The notes: generated from the sequence alone by a model not told the origin. DNA of 39,439 nucleotides from a virus (IMGVR_UViG_3300016265_000505:1-39439); one strand, 5' to 3'; counted from the first letter of the stretch, positions 18,666 to 27,203 are shown. Numbers and translations are program-made.

Positions 18666-19018
18666 TTCTTATTAGCCTTCCTCACTTCCCTTTGCTTTTG
18701 CGTGACTTCGGCATGGCAGGTTTTGCAAAGCAACCTGTATCCGTCTCTCTCGACGAAAAGGCGTTCCACATAAACATCCCAACCTTGGAATCCGAGAACT
18801 GGGTCCACAACGGGATTGATGTGGTCAACATGGCATTCGGAGTTCCCGACAACTTGGGAACATGAGGCACATCGGTACTGGTTCCGCGCAACGCGGGCTG
18901 CTTTCTTACAAGCATACTTCGGAGCCCATCGTCCTGAAGCTCGCCTGAGAGCAGATATAACGAACGAACGGAATCGACTACTGGTCCAAGTTCCATTGCA
19001 GTAGGGCTTATCGTTCAT
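18662..19018 (-). CDS. HNH endonuclease
   Basis: CASC...HVDHINP...LLCKTCH. Confidence 0.8.
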   Translation of the reverse strand: MNDKPYCNGTWTSSRFRSFVISALRRASGRWAPKYACKKAARVARNQYRCASCSQVVGNSECHVDHINPVVDPVLGFQGWDVYVERLFVERDGYRLLCKTCHAEVTQKQREVRKANKK

Positions 19019-19330
19019 TTAGCTTCTGCGTACAACTTCATGCCCCAACCATAACAGACAGGCGTGAATGTGTTTGCAATTAACACGCTCCGCATGGGGG
19101 TAGTCGTATGGGGTGGAACCTAGCTTTATGCGCGGACCACACCTTGCTTGCCAGTCACGGCATGAGCATTCACCCATGCCGTTATGGAGAGATAGGTCAC
19201 AGACATAAAACTCCTCTTCCTTGGACTCTGAAGTGACATGGAAGAGAAGCTGTCCGCGATGCTCAACCCTTAGCGGCTTTTCTGGAACTTTCGCTTTCCA
19301 AACGCTTGGCTCTTGCTGTAACGAAGGCAT
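19019..19330 (-). CDS. SWIM-type zinc-finger protein (start uncertain)
   Basis: CSC.DW...CKHI motif. Confidence 0.6.
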   Translation of the reverse strand: MPSLQQEPSVWKAKVPEKPLRVEHRGQLLFHVTSESKEEEFYVCDLSLHNGMGECSCRDWQARCGPRIKLGSTPYDYPHAERVNCKHIHACLLWLGHEVVRRS

Positions 19331-19442
19331 TGTACCTTTCGATTAGTTTGAATTGATCGACAGGGTCTTGGCAGTCGCGGATGTCCAACACCAGCGCATT
19401 CATTACCTGTTCCTCGTTGTGTTCTAGGTCTCGTTTTTCCAT
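19263..19442 (-). CDS. Hypothetical protein (MEKRDLEH...)
   Basis: Helical ORF filling the operon; start re-assigned to 19442. Confidence 0.5.
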   Translation of the reverse strand: MEKRDLEHNEEQVMNALVLDIRDCQDPVDQFKLIERYNAFVTARAKRLESESSRKAAKG

Positions 19443-19708
19443 CGTAGTAGGTATCCTTGTTGTTCTGCCCATTTAGGGTCGTGATGTATTTTGTCGTGGC
19501 ATACTCGGCAAACAGCTAGGAAGATAGAAACGTCATTCAGCTTCCCACCTCGTCCGAGCGGTAATTTGTGGTGTATGTCAGTTGCGGCATATTCGGAACA
19601 CACCTCACAGGTCGGATGGACTGATAAGTAGTCGGATTTATTTACGCGATAGACCTTAAGGGCTTGCGCCCGTTTTCGACTCATCCGCCTGAGAGGTGTG
19701 CGCCTCAT
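19424..19708 (-). CDS. HNH-like endonuclease
   Basis: MRRTPL basic N-terminus; CEVC...DIHH...CRVCHDKIH. Confidence 0.75.
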   Translation of the reverse strand: MRRTPLRRMSRKRAQALKVYRVNKSDYLSVHPTCEVCSEYAATDIHHKLPLGRGGKLNDVSIFLAVCRVCHDKIHHDPKWAEQQGYLLRWKNET

Positions 19709-19938
19709 CGGAACCTAGCCGTCTTCTGAGCAATCTTCTTGGGTTGTTTGACGAACTGCTTCCCAGCCTTCATCCCCTTACGTTTTGCGGCGTTTGTCGC
19801 CGCTTTCTCCGCAGGACTTAATGACTTCCAAGCAGCCTCAGGCAGATAGCGTTCGCCAGTTTTAAGACTGGGCTTGCCTGACGCTGTACGCCACTTCTGG
19901 CGCGTCCAGTTCTTCAGGGATTGCTGTTGAGGCTTCAT
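19705..19938 (-). CDS. DUF5872-like basic protein (second of pair)
   Basis: MKPQQQSLKNWTRQKWRT...GERYLPEAAWKSLS; start ATG 19938 overlaps upstream stop (ATGA). Confidence 0.7.
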   Translation of the reverse strand: MKPQQQSLKNWTRQKWRTASGKPSLKTGERYLPEAAWKSLSPAEKAATNAAKRKGMKAGKQFVKQPKKIAQKTARFR

Positions 19939-20114
19939 GTGGTGTAACCTCCCCCAGCTTTCTTGTAGGAGGTGGCGAGAAGCTGGGCCTTCCTCGCGGA
20001 CCATTGCCCCGGCTTGCCTCCCTTGCTCCCAGCCTTGATGCGCTGGAAGATTCGCTTACGCATGGCTGGCTTCGTATAGACCCCAGCCGAATTGACAGTT
20101 GATTTAGTTTTCAT
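19935..20114 (-). CDS. DUF5872-like basic protein (first of pair, 59 aa)
   Basis: Hand-translated ...YTKPAMRKRIFQRIKAGSKGGKPGQWSARKAQLLA..YKKAGGGY. Confidence 0.75.
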   Translation of the reverse strand: MKTKSTVNSAGVYTKPAMRKRIFQRIKAGSKGGKPGQWSARKAQLLATSYKKAGGGYTT

Positions 20115-20122
20115 GGAAAGGA

Positions 20123-20258
20123 TAGCGGGAACGGCCAGAAATTTCCAGCCTTCTCAGAGAGTGTTAAGACACACAACCCTGCCCGCTAAAGTGAGGTGGG
20201 AACGGCATTGCGCTACGCACGTTGCCTTTTCAGGCGGGCATGGAGCCCGTCTGCCCAC
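20123..20258 (-). ncRNA. Two tandem candidate three-way-junction structured RNAs
   Basis: Intergenic; both copies follow GGG-CAG[hairpin]CTG-ARAA-GGC[hairpin]GCC-GTT-CCC with different but pairing stems. Confidence 0.5.
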
Positions 20259-20277
20259 AAAGATCATATCGGTAGTA

Positions 20278-21084
20278 TCACCCACTTGATCGCGGATCGT
20301 AGTTATTCTTGTACCTCCAGATGCCACAAGCGTTCTCAAACATCTCAAACTCCTTGGCTAGCTGATCGCCGTCGTACTTGACTACGTCGATGCGTCCCGG
20401 CTCGGTAGTTGAGATGTAGATGTTGTAGCCTATGGCTTTCTTGAAGTAGCCGTCTTCCCACTTGTCTTTCCAGAAGGAGGCGTAGTAGGCCGCGAGTTGG
20501 GCAGCATGACCAAACGACGGGACGATGGGCTCGTCCTTGTGAGTACGCTTGGACTTGAAGTCCAGAATGCCCGCAAGGTCACTATCCTTCGCCTTAAACG
20601 CTATGTCGGTGGTTCCCGCATACCCATACTCTGGATTAACCGTTACGAACTCAGACGCCACCACATTGATGCCAAGGGTCTCCATCTTGTTGATGGCGTC
20701 CTCAGCATAGTTGATGATGTCTTGAGGATGGGCGGTGTCCTCACCCTTGATGAGCGTCTCAATGCAGTTGTGAATCCTAGTACCCAACTGCGCGGCATCA
20801 TCCACCTCGTCGAAAGCCTTGGCTAGGATGAAGTCGGTGTATTCCTCAAGCCCCTCGTCCCCAACCAGCGGGCGATTGAAGCAAGCCTCCACCACCTTCC
20901 GGTACTTCCACCTTTGAAGCATCTCATTGTGGATGAGCTTCAGGATGGAAGTGACGGACGGAAGCAGCTTTAGCTTCCTAGCATCCTTGATTGTGGTGGG
21001 GCGGTTGGGATTCTTGGCTGTCTTCGACGCAGTTGGCTGCGTGTGAGCCGTCTCCCCGTCCTTCGTGTACCAATGTTCTGCCAT
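20278..21084 (-). CDS. PD-(D/E)xK exonuclease
   Basis: HWY, LPSVTSIL, GTRIH, GYAGTTD...LDFKS, QLAAY motifs. Confidence 0.85.
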   Translation of the reverse strand: MAEHWYTKDGETAHTQPTASKTAKNPNRPTTIKDARKLKLLPSVTSILKLIHNEMLQRWKYRKVVEACFNRPLVGDEGLEEYTDFILAKAFDEVDDAAQLGTRIHNCIETLIKGEDTAHPQDIINYAEDAINKMETLGINVVASEFVTVNPEYGYAGTTDIAFKAKDSDLAGILDFKSKRTHKDEPIVPSFGHAAQLAAYYASFWKDKWEDGYFKKAIGYNIYISTTEPGRIDVVKYDGDQLAKEFEMFENACGIWRYKNNYDPRSSG

Positions 21085-21218
21085 GTAGTTTGTCCTCTAT
21101 TCGTTTGTTTATTGTTTCTGAGGCTTGCTCCCAAGTCTTGAACCCAATCTTAACCAGACTGAGTTCATGCTGGATGTCGATCAGCAGCAACTTGAGCGAC
21201 CAGTTGGCATCGCTCAGG

Positions 21219-21329
21219 TCACAGACTTCCTTGAATGCACCAATAAATGATGGCGCATATTGCGACTGTAAGGGCGAAAGCGATGACTGCGAGCTTGCAG
21301 AGCTCATTGTCGTCGTTCTTAAAGTTCAT
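21219..21329 (-). CDS. Small single-TM protein (36 aa)
   Basis: MNFKNDDNELCKLAVIAFALTVAICAIIYWCIQGSL. Confidence 0.45.
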   Translation of the reverse strand: MNFKNDDNELCKLAVIAFALTVAICAIIYWCIQGSL

Positions 21330-21528
21330 CTGAGGTCTCCTTAACCTTGGGCTCGGAGAGAGACAGGGACAGGAACTTGGTTCCCGTCTTGGACTCCTTG
21401 AGCCAGCCAGCAAGGCGGAAGTCCTTGCCAGCTACGTTGAGCTTGCCGGTGTAGTCGGGCTTCTTGTCACCCTCACCCTTTTCCTGATTGCGGAACAGAA
21501 CACCTTTATTCGTATTGTCGTATTGCAT
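21319..21528 (-). CDS. Small ssDNA-binding-like protein (DUF736-like)
   Basis: GVLFRN..K...KKPDYTG...AGW..ES..GTKFLSL; adjacent to ERF. Confidence 0.7.
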   Translation of the reverse strand: MQYDNTNKGVLFRNQEKGEGDKKPDYTGKLNVAGKDFRLAGWLKESKTGTKFLSLSLSEPKVKETSDEL

Positions 21529-21558
21529 GGTTTTATTTGGTTGGTTTACTAACAGAAA

Positions 21559-22029
21559 TCAGAAGTCACCTCGTCCAGACGGCTTTGCTGATGCGCTTGG
21601 CGTAGCTCTTCCGCTAGCCGCATTCCCATCGTCGTCTTCTTGAGTGATGCACAATAACGCTGCCAGACTATATCGGCGTAGGTATGTAGTAGCTGATCCA
21701 ACTCCTTGCGGGTCAGCTTTAGAGAGCGGCGAGTGAGCGCAATCTTCGATCCATTGACCACTAGTGTGCAGTAGTCGTGAACGAAGAAAGAGTCCTCCAG
21801 CATTATTCCCACCTGATTCGCCATCAAATGCCCACCCAGATGAGAGGGATTGAATGATGGAGATTCCGTGCTTGTTAAGCGGCTCTTTGACCGCTTCGAT
21901 AACTGATCCGAGGCTTGCATAACTGCTGCGGAAGTGCGGGTTCTTGGCATCTTTCGAGGCATTGTTTATCTCCTTCTGAGCAGCCAGCAACGCTGGCGCA
22001 ATTTGGTCAATTTTTTCCGATGTCTTCAT
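21559..22029 (-). CDS. ERF-family single-strand annealing protein
   Basis: KDAKNPHFRSSYASL, LLHTSGQW, PQGVGSATTYLRRYSL, EDDDGN. Confidence 0.92.
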   Translation of the reverse strand: MKTSEKIDQIAPALLAAQKEINNASKDAKNPHFRSSYASLGSVIEAVKEPLNKHGISIIQSLSSGWAFDGESGGNNAGGLFLRSRLLHTSGQWIEDCAHSPLSKADPQGVGSATTYLRRYSLAALLCITQEDDDGNAASGRATPSASAKPSGRGDF

Positions 22030-22198
22030 CGTCCATCAATCGTTGAGTGTTTTCGAGCCATTCAATGGTTGCCGCAACGACAACCTCTTGCTCATGGCAA
22101 CTGGGGGCTTCAAAGCGGGACATCCATCCCGCGAACAGCAACGCGGCTTGAGCCAACGCTTGCTCGTAATCCTGTTTCTGTGTTTTTATTTTTACCAT
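22007..22198 (-). CDS. Hypothetical protein
   Basis: ORF in operon; start re-assigned to ATG 22198. Confidence 0.45.
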   Translation of the reverse strand: MVKIKTQKQDYEQALAQAALLFAGWMSRFEAPSCHEQEVVVAATIEWLENTQRLMDDEDIGKN

Positions 22199-22328
22199 CT
22201 GTGTCTCTGGTTTGATTGGTTTGCTTGTGCCCGTCAAGAGTTTTTTTCCTAAAAATCGCGTCGTAGTTCGACCGATAGGTTTCCGAGTGGCAGTTGCGTG
22301 GACTATCGCCTTTTCCGTTTTGAGACAT
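22110..22328 (-). CDS. Small conserved phage protein (GKGDxPR motif)
   Basis: NGKGDSPRN...YRSNYDAIFRKK N-terminus. Confidence 0.5.
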   Translation of the reverse strand: MSQNGKGDSPRNCHSETYRSNYDAIFRKKTLDGHKQTNQTRDTDGKNKNTETGLRASVGSSRVAVRGMDVPL

Positions 22329-22455
22329 AAAAGATGAGGATTAAGAATGCGAAGATGATGCCGTAATACTCGGGCTCTGGAACAACCGCTTGATGTGGAC
22401 CGCCCTTCTTGGAATTACGTTCGATGAATTGATCGAAACTATCTTGCGATTGCAT
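22303..22455 (-). CDS. Stand-alone PEP-CTERM sorting-signal mini-protein (50 aa)
   Basis: Hand-translated MQSQDSFDQFIERNSKKGGPHQAV-VPEPEYYG-IIFAFLILIFYVS-KRKRR*; start overlaps the dnaB 3' end. Confidence 0.75.
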   Translation of the reverse strand: MQSQDSFDQFIERNSKKGGPHQAVVPEPEYYGIIFAFLILIFYVSKRKRR

Positions 22456-23773
22456 TGAAAGTGGTGGTTGGGCGATGAAACGACATTGTTAAGCTAGCCA
22501 CTCCATCAGATCGGCCTTTGGCTTGCACAACCTGTACTTCAATGCGCTGGAGCGTCTGGTCGTTCAGGTCCTGCGTACCTCCATCCTCCTTCGTGTCAGG
22601 AGCGTGGATGAAGATGACTCGGTCCGCATCTTGTTCGATGTTGCCTGACTCGCGGAGGTCCGAAAGACGAGGAAGTCTGTTCTCCTTCTCCACTTCGCGG
22701 CCAAGCTGGGCGAGGAGTATTACAGGAATCTTCATGCTCACGGCGAGGTCCTTCAGAGCCATCGTCATCCGTCCAATGGCTATGTCGCGGGTTTCTCCAC
22801 GTTCCTGCTGAGGATCGTAGCGTTGGAGGTAGTCCACGATGATTGCCTTGACTGGCATGAAGCTCTTGCAGGCTTCCACCCGTGCCGTAATCTGGGACAA
22901 GGTGCGGTCCTGATCGAAGACTGAGAGGGTCTTGAGCGCCGCGACCTCCTCCAGTCCCATAGTGAACTTCTTGCCGTCAGAGTCAACGACCTGATTGCGC
23001 CTGATAGCCCGCCAACTCACGCCAGAACGAATCTGAGCGAATAAGGGAGCCAACTGCTCTATGGGCATCTCTCGGCTGAATAAGAGCACATTCCCATACT
23101 TGTTGGCCCAATGCCATGCCACCTGACGAGCACAGGAGCTCTTACCGCGCCCCGGTCGTGCTGCGACGATGATGAGCTCTCCCGCCGTAGCCTGACCCAT
23201 CTCCTTGTTCCAGTCCTGCCACGGCCATTCCAAACCAGCATTCTCCTCCGTCTGCTTGCCAGCTAGGATGTCCGCCACCTTTCCGATGCAGTCGGTAGCT
23301 GCCTGAGCCAGACTCTTGGTGATGTTCGTCGCGTTCTTCAGGGCTAGGACTCGTCCAATTTTGGCGACGAAGTCATCCAAGCTAGCCTTCTTGACCAACG
23401 CCGCCTCACGGGTCTCCTCAGAGATGAGGGCAATCTGACGAAGCTGATAGAGCTCTCTCAACTGATCCAGCGAATACACATAAGCTACACCAGTTGAGGA
23501 ATAGGCTGTAGCCTCAGAATATCCCATGACCCCGCCCACCGAGTCCAACTGTGGGTCCTTCTTCTTGAGCTCTTCAAGGATGATGTGCGCGTCGAGGGGC
23601 TTACCATGAGCATGGCACCCCATAATCCCCTTCCATATGGCCTGATGAGGCCGATGATGGAACCATTGCTCGCTGACTCGGTAGTCGAGGGCCTTGGACA
23701 AGTAGGCCGCTCCATCCAAGACGATGCACGAAAGCACCGTCCGTTCTGCTTCAATTGAGTGTGGTAGGTTCAT
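22439..23773 (-). CDS. dnaB: DnaB-like replicative helicase
   Basis: LPHSIEAE N-domain, AARPGRGKS Walker A, IVDYLQ, LAQLGR, LSDLRESGNIEQDAD. Confidence 0.93.
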   Translation of the reverse strand: MNLPHSIEAERTVLSCIVLDGAAYLSKALDYRVSEQWFHHRPHQAIWKGIMGCHAHGKPLDAHIILEELKKKDPQLDSVGGVMGYSEATAYSSTGVAYVYSLDQLRELYQLRQIALISEETREAALVKKASLDDFVAKIGRVLALKNATNITKSLAQAATDCIGKVADILAGKQTEENAGLEWPWQDWNKEMGQATAGELIIVAARPGRGKSSCARQVAWHWANKYGNVLLFSREMPIEQLAPLFAQIRSGVSWRAIRRNQVVDSDGKKFTMGLEEVAALKTLSVFDQDRTLSQITARVEACKSFMPVKAIIVDYLQRYDPQQERGETRDIAIGRMTMALKDLAVSMKIPVILLAQLGREVEKENRLPRLSDLRESGNIEQDADRVIFIHAPDTKEDGGTQDLNDQTLQRIEVQVVQAKGRSDGVASLTMSFHRPTTTFNAIAR

Positions 23774-24096
23774 TCTCTTCCTTTGTTTTTCATGTAGGCT
23801 ATGATGTCTTTCTTGGTGTGCGGGAGATCGGAGTAGTACTTCCTACGATGGACGATGTTGCCAATCGTAGTCTCAGTACTGTCCAAATCTTTCGCGATGG
23901 ACTTGATGTGCTGCCCACTCTTGTACCGCCTGATGGCTTCCAAGACTACGGCAGACGTAACCGGAGCACGCCTAACGTGATCCTTCCGCTCTGTTACGGA
24001 AGCATGAGCGATAGGAATATCTGTGGCGTATTCATACTTACCGAGATGCTTTTCCATCAGCCAGCGGATGCTGGCCATTGTTTCGCTGATATTCAT
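23770..24096 (-). CDS. Putative HTH DNA-binding protein
   Basis: AIRRYKSGQHIKSIAKDLDSTETTIGNIV helix-turn-helix pattern. Confidence 0.55.
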   Translation of the reverse strand: MNISETMASIRWLMEKHLGKYEYATDIPIAHASVTERKDHVRRAPVTSAVVLEAIRRYKSGQHIKSIAKDLDSTETTIGNIVHRRKYYSDLPHTKKDIIAYMKNKGRE

Positions 24097-24211
24097 TTAG
24101 TTGTCTTTCTAGTTGTCTGGCAAATTCGGCACTCACCTTTTCAACTGGTCCACATTGGAGTAATTTCAAAACCTCCCGGTCGGTAAGTGGCGTTGGTGAT
24201 GATTTTGACAT
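24038..24211 (-). CDS. Small TPxTD/FARxLER-family protein
   Basis: TPLTD...EFARQLERQ, similar to the 26767-26940 product; overlaps neighbours. Confidence 0.4.
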   Translation of the reverse strand: MSKSSPTPLTDREVLKLLQCGPVEKVSAEFARQLERQLNEYQRNNGQHPLADGKASR

Positions 24212-24389
24212 CACTCCATCGCTTCCAGATGGGACCGTCTGGGGTGTGGAGTTCAAACTCTCGTTTGAAGGTGAAGGGGCAAACAGCTTCCGAAATAATT
24301 TCATGTTTGGTTATGTCTCCACAGGGCCAATGGACCCATGCGAAGAGCGGGAAACGCGGACGCGGTTTCAGCTTCATTGCAAGCCTCAT
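24141..24389 (-). CDS. Hypothetical protein
   Basis: ATGA-coupled to upstream gene; overlaps the ORF at 24038-24211. Confidence 0.4.
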   Translation of the reverse strand: MRLAMKLKPRPRFPLFAWVHWPCGDITKHEIISEAVCPFTFKREFELHTPDGPIWKRWSDVKIITNATYRPGGFEITPMWTS

Positions 24390-24598
24390 TCTTCCACCTT
24401 TTGAAGAATCTCTGCCAGTTGGTTACGGATGTTTATCGCCAAGTCCTCCACGCTTTCATACTTTCCTTCCCCATGCTTCACGACGCTGCGTAGGTGCTGG
24501 TCGATGTCGTGCATCACAGAGAACGCCTCCATTGCGTGGATGGCACGCTGATGCTCATGTCGATCTTCAGGCAGATTGAATTCAAGAATAGCTTTCAT
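24386..24598 (-). CDS. Conserved small phage protein (MKAILEFNLPED)
   Basis: Common phage N-terminal motif; DIDQHLRS.VKH. Confidence 0.7.
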   Translation of the reverse strand: MKAILEFNLPEDRHEHQRAIHAMEAFSVMHDIDQHLRSVVKHGEGKYESVEDLAINIRNQLAEILQKVEE

Positions 24599-25226
24599 TG
24601 ATGGCCTCCGCTACGGTTGGGAATGTGTTTTCAAAGATGACGTTGATGGCTAGGGCTAGGTCGCGGTGTTCCTTCTGGGTTCCTGCCGCGCATCGCTGTT
24701 CAAGGTAGTGAATCCACGACCTGACATTGCCTGTCATGTACAAAGTTGTCTGAGTGCAGAGAGGCAAGATCATGCGAGCCGTCTCTTTGCTCACTCCGTA
24801 TTGAAGCAGAAGGTTGTAGGCTTGGAAGGCTTCCTGAACTATCCCCGCCGCCATGCCTTCATTGATGTGGTCTTTGTACACCTCCCCGCTGGCTTGCCTA
24901 TTGGTCTTGTCCTGAAGGCGTAGTTCAATCGGCTCATACTTTGCGCTCTGGGCATAGCGTTGACTGAACTCTTGGAACGTGAATGACCGATGACGCAGGA
25001 GTTGAGCGGCTATGGCCCTGCTCGTCACAATCTCAATGGTCATGCTTGCTGTTTCAAAGATGGACCAATGCCCGTGCTTGACGCAATAACGCAGGAGTCT
25101 TGGAGCGGTCTCTACGTTTAGCTGGTTGCTTGGATTGCTGACTCTCGCGCAATAGCTGATGAGCTCGTCAGCCGTGTTTATTCCTTCAATCAGCGGCTTC
25201 GTCACCGCTATCAGTTTCACGTTCAT
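24582..25226 (-). CDS. thyX: Flavin-dependent thymidylate synthase
   Basis: HWSIFE, RAIAAQLLRHRSFTFQEFSQRY (RHRx7S), ARMILP, TQKEH. Confidence 0.95.
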   Translation of the reverse strand: MNVKLIAVTKPLIEGINTADELISYCARVSNPSNQLNVETAPRLLRYCVKHGHWSIFETASMTIEIVTSRAIAAQLLRHRSFTFQEFSQRYAQSAKYEPIELRLQDKTNRQASGEVYKDHINEGMAAGIVQEAFQAYNLLLQYGVSKETARMILPLCTQTTLYMTGNVRSWIHYLEQRCAAGTQKEHRDLALAINVIFENTFPTVAEAINESYS

Positions 25227-25386
25227 TTGGTATGTAGCAGTCTAGTTCTTTTGGGTTGCAGAATTGCGAGATGGGAAGGCCGAGCTTCTCGGCCCGATCC
25301 TCTACCTCTTGTGTCAAAGCGCGGAAGCATCGTTTAAACTGCGTGCATCCATCGCCGCTACAGAAGGTCATGTCTTTGTAGGTCAT
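25186..25386 (-). CDS. Small Cys-containing protein
   Basis: MTYKDMTFC...C....C.RA; ATGA-coupled. Confidence 0.6.
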   Translation of the reverse strand: MTYKDMTFCSGDGCTQFKRCFRALTQEVEDRAEKLGLPISQFCNPKELDCYIPNERETDSGDEAAD

Positions 25387-25733
25387 GGCTTTTCCCTTCC
25401 GATTCGTCCATTGCGACAAGCGTCGATAGCATCACGCGATGCTTTTAGTTCCGGGGTCCACTCGTCCTTGTCATACATCCAGTTGACCCAGAACCCTCCG
25501 TCGTCAGTCAATAACCAGTCCAGCCGCTCTTTGTCTGCCCGCAGTTCACGCCATTTCTCGACCGGCACGTTGATGTGGTTGGGTGCGCCCAGCGTGCTCG
25601 TCAGTTCCCGCAGCGCGGCGTTCTCGCGCTCTAGTTCCATGTTGCGAGTAATCACCGTGTCGAACTCGTCATTTGCCTGCTTTTTCAGCGCGGCGTGCAG
25701 TCGCTGGCGCAGTAGTGTTTCGCGCTTGGTCAT
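25383..25733 (-). CDS. Cassette-array coiled-coil protein
   Basis: LERENAALR and ADKERLDWL modules; start ATG 25733. Confidence 0.6.
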   Translation of the reverse strand: MTKRETLLRQRLHAALKKQANDEFDTVITRNMELERENAALRELTSTLGAPNHINVPVEKWRELRADKERLDWLLTDDGGFWVNWMYDKDEWTPELKASRDAIDACRNGRIGREKP

Positions 25734-26023
25734 GGCTGGCCTCCATTGATGAGCGCTGCCTTCCACGCCTCGACCCGCTCCGCCGTGACGATCACTTCGT
25801 CCTCGTGCTGAAACGTGCCGAGGGCATCGGCCAACGCACGCCGCAGCGCGGCATTCTCACGTTCTAGTTCTTCGTAAGCATCACACCATTTAAGTCCCTC
25901 ATAATCATTCTCCGATGTGGGAGGACATTGGTAAACGTCACGTCGCAGCGCGGCGTTCTCGCGCCGCAGGTTCACGATTTCCTCCGCGGCTTCCCATGCA
26001 TTCACTTTGATATTTTCGCTCAC
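25730..26023 (-). CDS. Cassette-array coiled-coil protein
   Basis: Two RENAALR modules; GTGA/ATGA coupling. Confidence 0.65.
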   Translation of the reverse strand: MSENIKVNAWEAAEEIVNLRRENAALRRDVYQCPPTSENDYEGLKWCDAYEELERENAALRRALADALGTFQHEDEVIVTAERVEAWKAALINGGQP

Positions 26024-26292
26024 GGCTGCGGCTCCTTTCCGTAAAGCATATCGGCTTGTCGCCTAACACTTGGCTCGCCGTCCAACAGCCCGACAAGGCT
26101 GGTGTAAATCTTTGGCCGCTTCTGGTCGTCGCGGTAGAAATACCGCTTGGTTTTGCGCTTGGTGTGGGACTCGCAGCCAATTACTAGCTCCTTGTTTTGG
26201 TAGCGTGAGCTGCTCCACCCTTTCAACGCATCTTGCGTTATGTGAAGCGACATCGTGAACGGAATGCGATTTGCCAGTTCTGCAATCGTCAC
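26020..26292 (-). CDS. Cassette-array hypothetical protein
   Basis: GTG start at the junction motif; ends KEPQP. Confidence 0.55.
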   Translation of the reverse strand: MTIAELANRIPFTMSLHITQDALKGWSSSRYQNKELVIGCESHTKRKTKRYFYRDDQKRPKIYTSLVGLLDGEPSVRRQADMLYGKEPQP

Positions 26293-26513
26293 GGCTGCGC
26301 CTCCTTCTTTGCGGCGCGAACTGCATCTAGCGCGGCGGTGATGGCCTTGATGCGCTTGAACGGGTCGCCCGGTTCCATCATCAGCGCGTGCTTCAACCCG
26401 ACTTCCGCAGATGCTAGCGCCTCCCGCAGCTCGGCGTTCTCTGCTTCCAGCTTGTCCACCATTGCTCGGTATTCGACGCAAGCATTCAGTAGTTTGGTTG
26501 TATCGTCGCTCAT
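26289..26513 (-). CDS. Cassette-array coiled-coil protein
   Basis: LEAENAELR module; ends KEAQP. Confidence 0.65.
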   Translation of the reverse strand: MSDDTTKLLNACVEYRAMVDKLEAENAELREALASAEVGLKHALMMEPGDPFKRIKAITAALDAVRAAKKEAQP

Positions 26514-26770
26514 GGTTGCTTTCTCTTGTTGGCGCGTTCAACCAGCATAGCGTCAGCCACGGAATAAGACCACGCTGCCCACTCATCCGCCCATTGGTGC
26601 CATTTGCCCGGACCAACCGATGGTAGGTTTGTAATTCCCTGCAAAGCCGCCGCCGCGAAGTAGTCTCGCAGGCTCATTCCTTGGAATTGAGGAATCATCG
26701 GCTTCTTGTACCAGTCTGGATCACTAAAGTCGTTACCCGGAAACGCCGGGCCTCCATCGTGTTTGCTCAC
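26510..26770 (-). CDS. DGGPAFP / GMSLRDYFAA-family phage protein
   Basis: DGGPAFP...GMSLRDYFAAAALQG...SYSVADAML. Confidence 0.8.
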   Translation of the reverse strand: MSKHDGGPAFPGNDFSDPDWYKKPMIPQFQGMSLRDYFAAAALQGITNLPSVGPGKWHQWADEWAAWSYSVADAMLVERANKRKQP

Positions 26771-26940
26771 GGCTGCGCCTCCTCCAACTCTTCTATTTGT
26801 GATTGCAGGAATTCAATTTCATTTCTCAGCCTTTGGTTTTCCCTCTCCAAGTCTCGGGCAAAATCCGCCCAGACTGCCTCTAGTCTTTCATCAGGCTTAA
26901 ATCCCACCCACCATATTTCCCTGTCAGTTCTTGGTGTCAT
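26767..26940 (-). CDS. Small TPRTD-family protein (57 aa)
   Basis: Hand-translated MTPRTD...ADFARDLERENQRL...EEAQP; coupled at both ends. Confidence 0.7.
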   Translation of the reverse strand: MTPRTDREIWWVGFKPDERLEAVWADFARDLERENQRLRNEIEFLQSQIEELEEAQP

Positions 26941-27203
26941 GGCTGCGCCTCCTTTTTAGTTGTGTATCGTAAGACATATTTAATCGCCAAAACCTTGGCT
27001 TTGTTGCTCCTCTTGTCGTCCGCCACTATGTCCTCAATGGTGACGATTGTTAATCCATCATCCAGCACCTTGCTCCTAAGCTCCTCCAACCTATCAGCAG
27101 CTTCAGCTATGGCTGCGTTCGCCACCCCATCCTCGCTCTGGATGTCATCAGCCAGACGACGCATGGCCTTGATGAGGATTAGTGTGTCAGTTTTTTGATT
27201 CAT
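26937..27203 (-). CDS. Cassette-array hypothetical protein
   Basis: LADDIQSEDGVANAAIAEAADRLEEL; ends KEAQP. Confidence 0.7.
   Translation of the reverse strand: MNQKTDTLILIKAMRRLADDIQSEDGVANAAIAEAADRLEELRSKVLDDGLTIVTIEDIVADDKRSNKAKVLAIKYVLRYTTKKEAQP

Noticed and set aside
20123-20258. tRNA, hammerhead or hairpin ribozyme
   Set aside because: No T-loop or anticodon cloverleaf, no CUGAUGA/GAAA core, no hairpin-ribozyme loop B; kept as an unknown RNA
26020-26616. 198-aa ORF as one gene
   Set aside because: Its 5' half overlaps two better-supported genes; the likely start is the GTG at the junction motif (26292)
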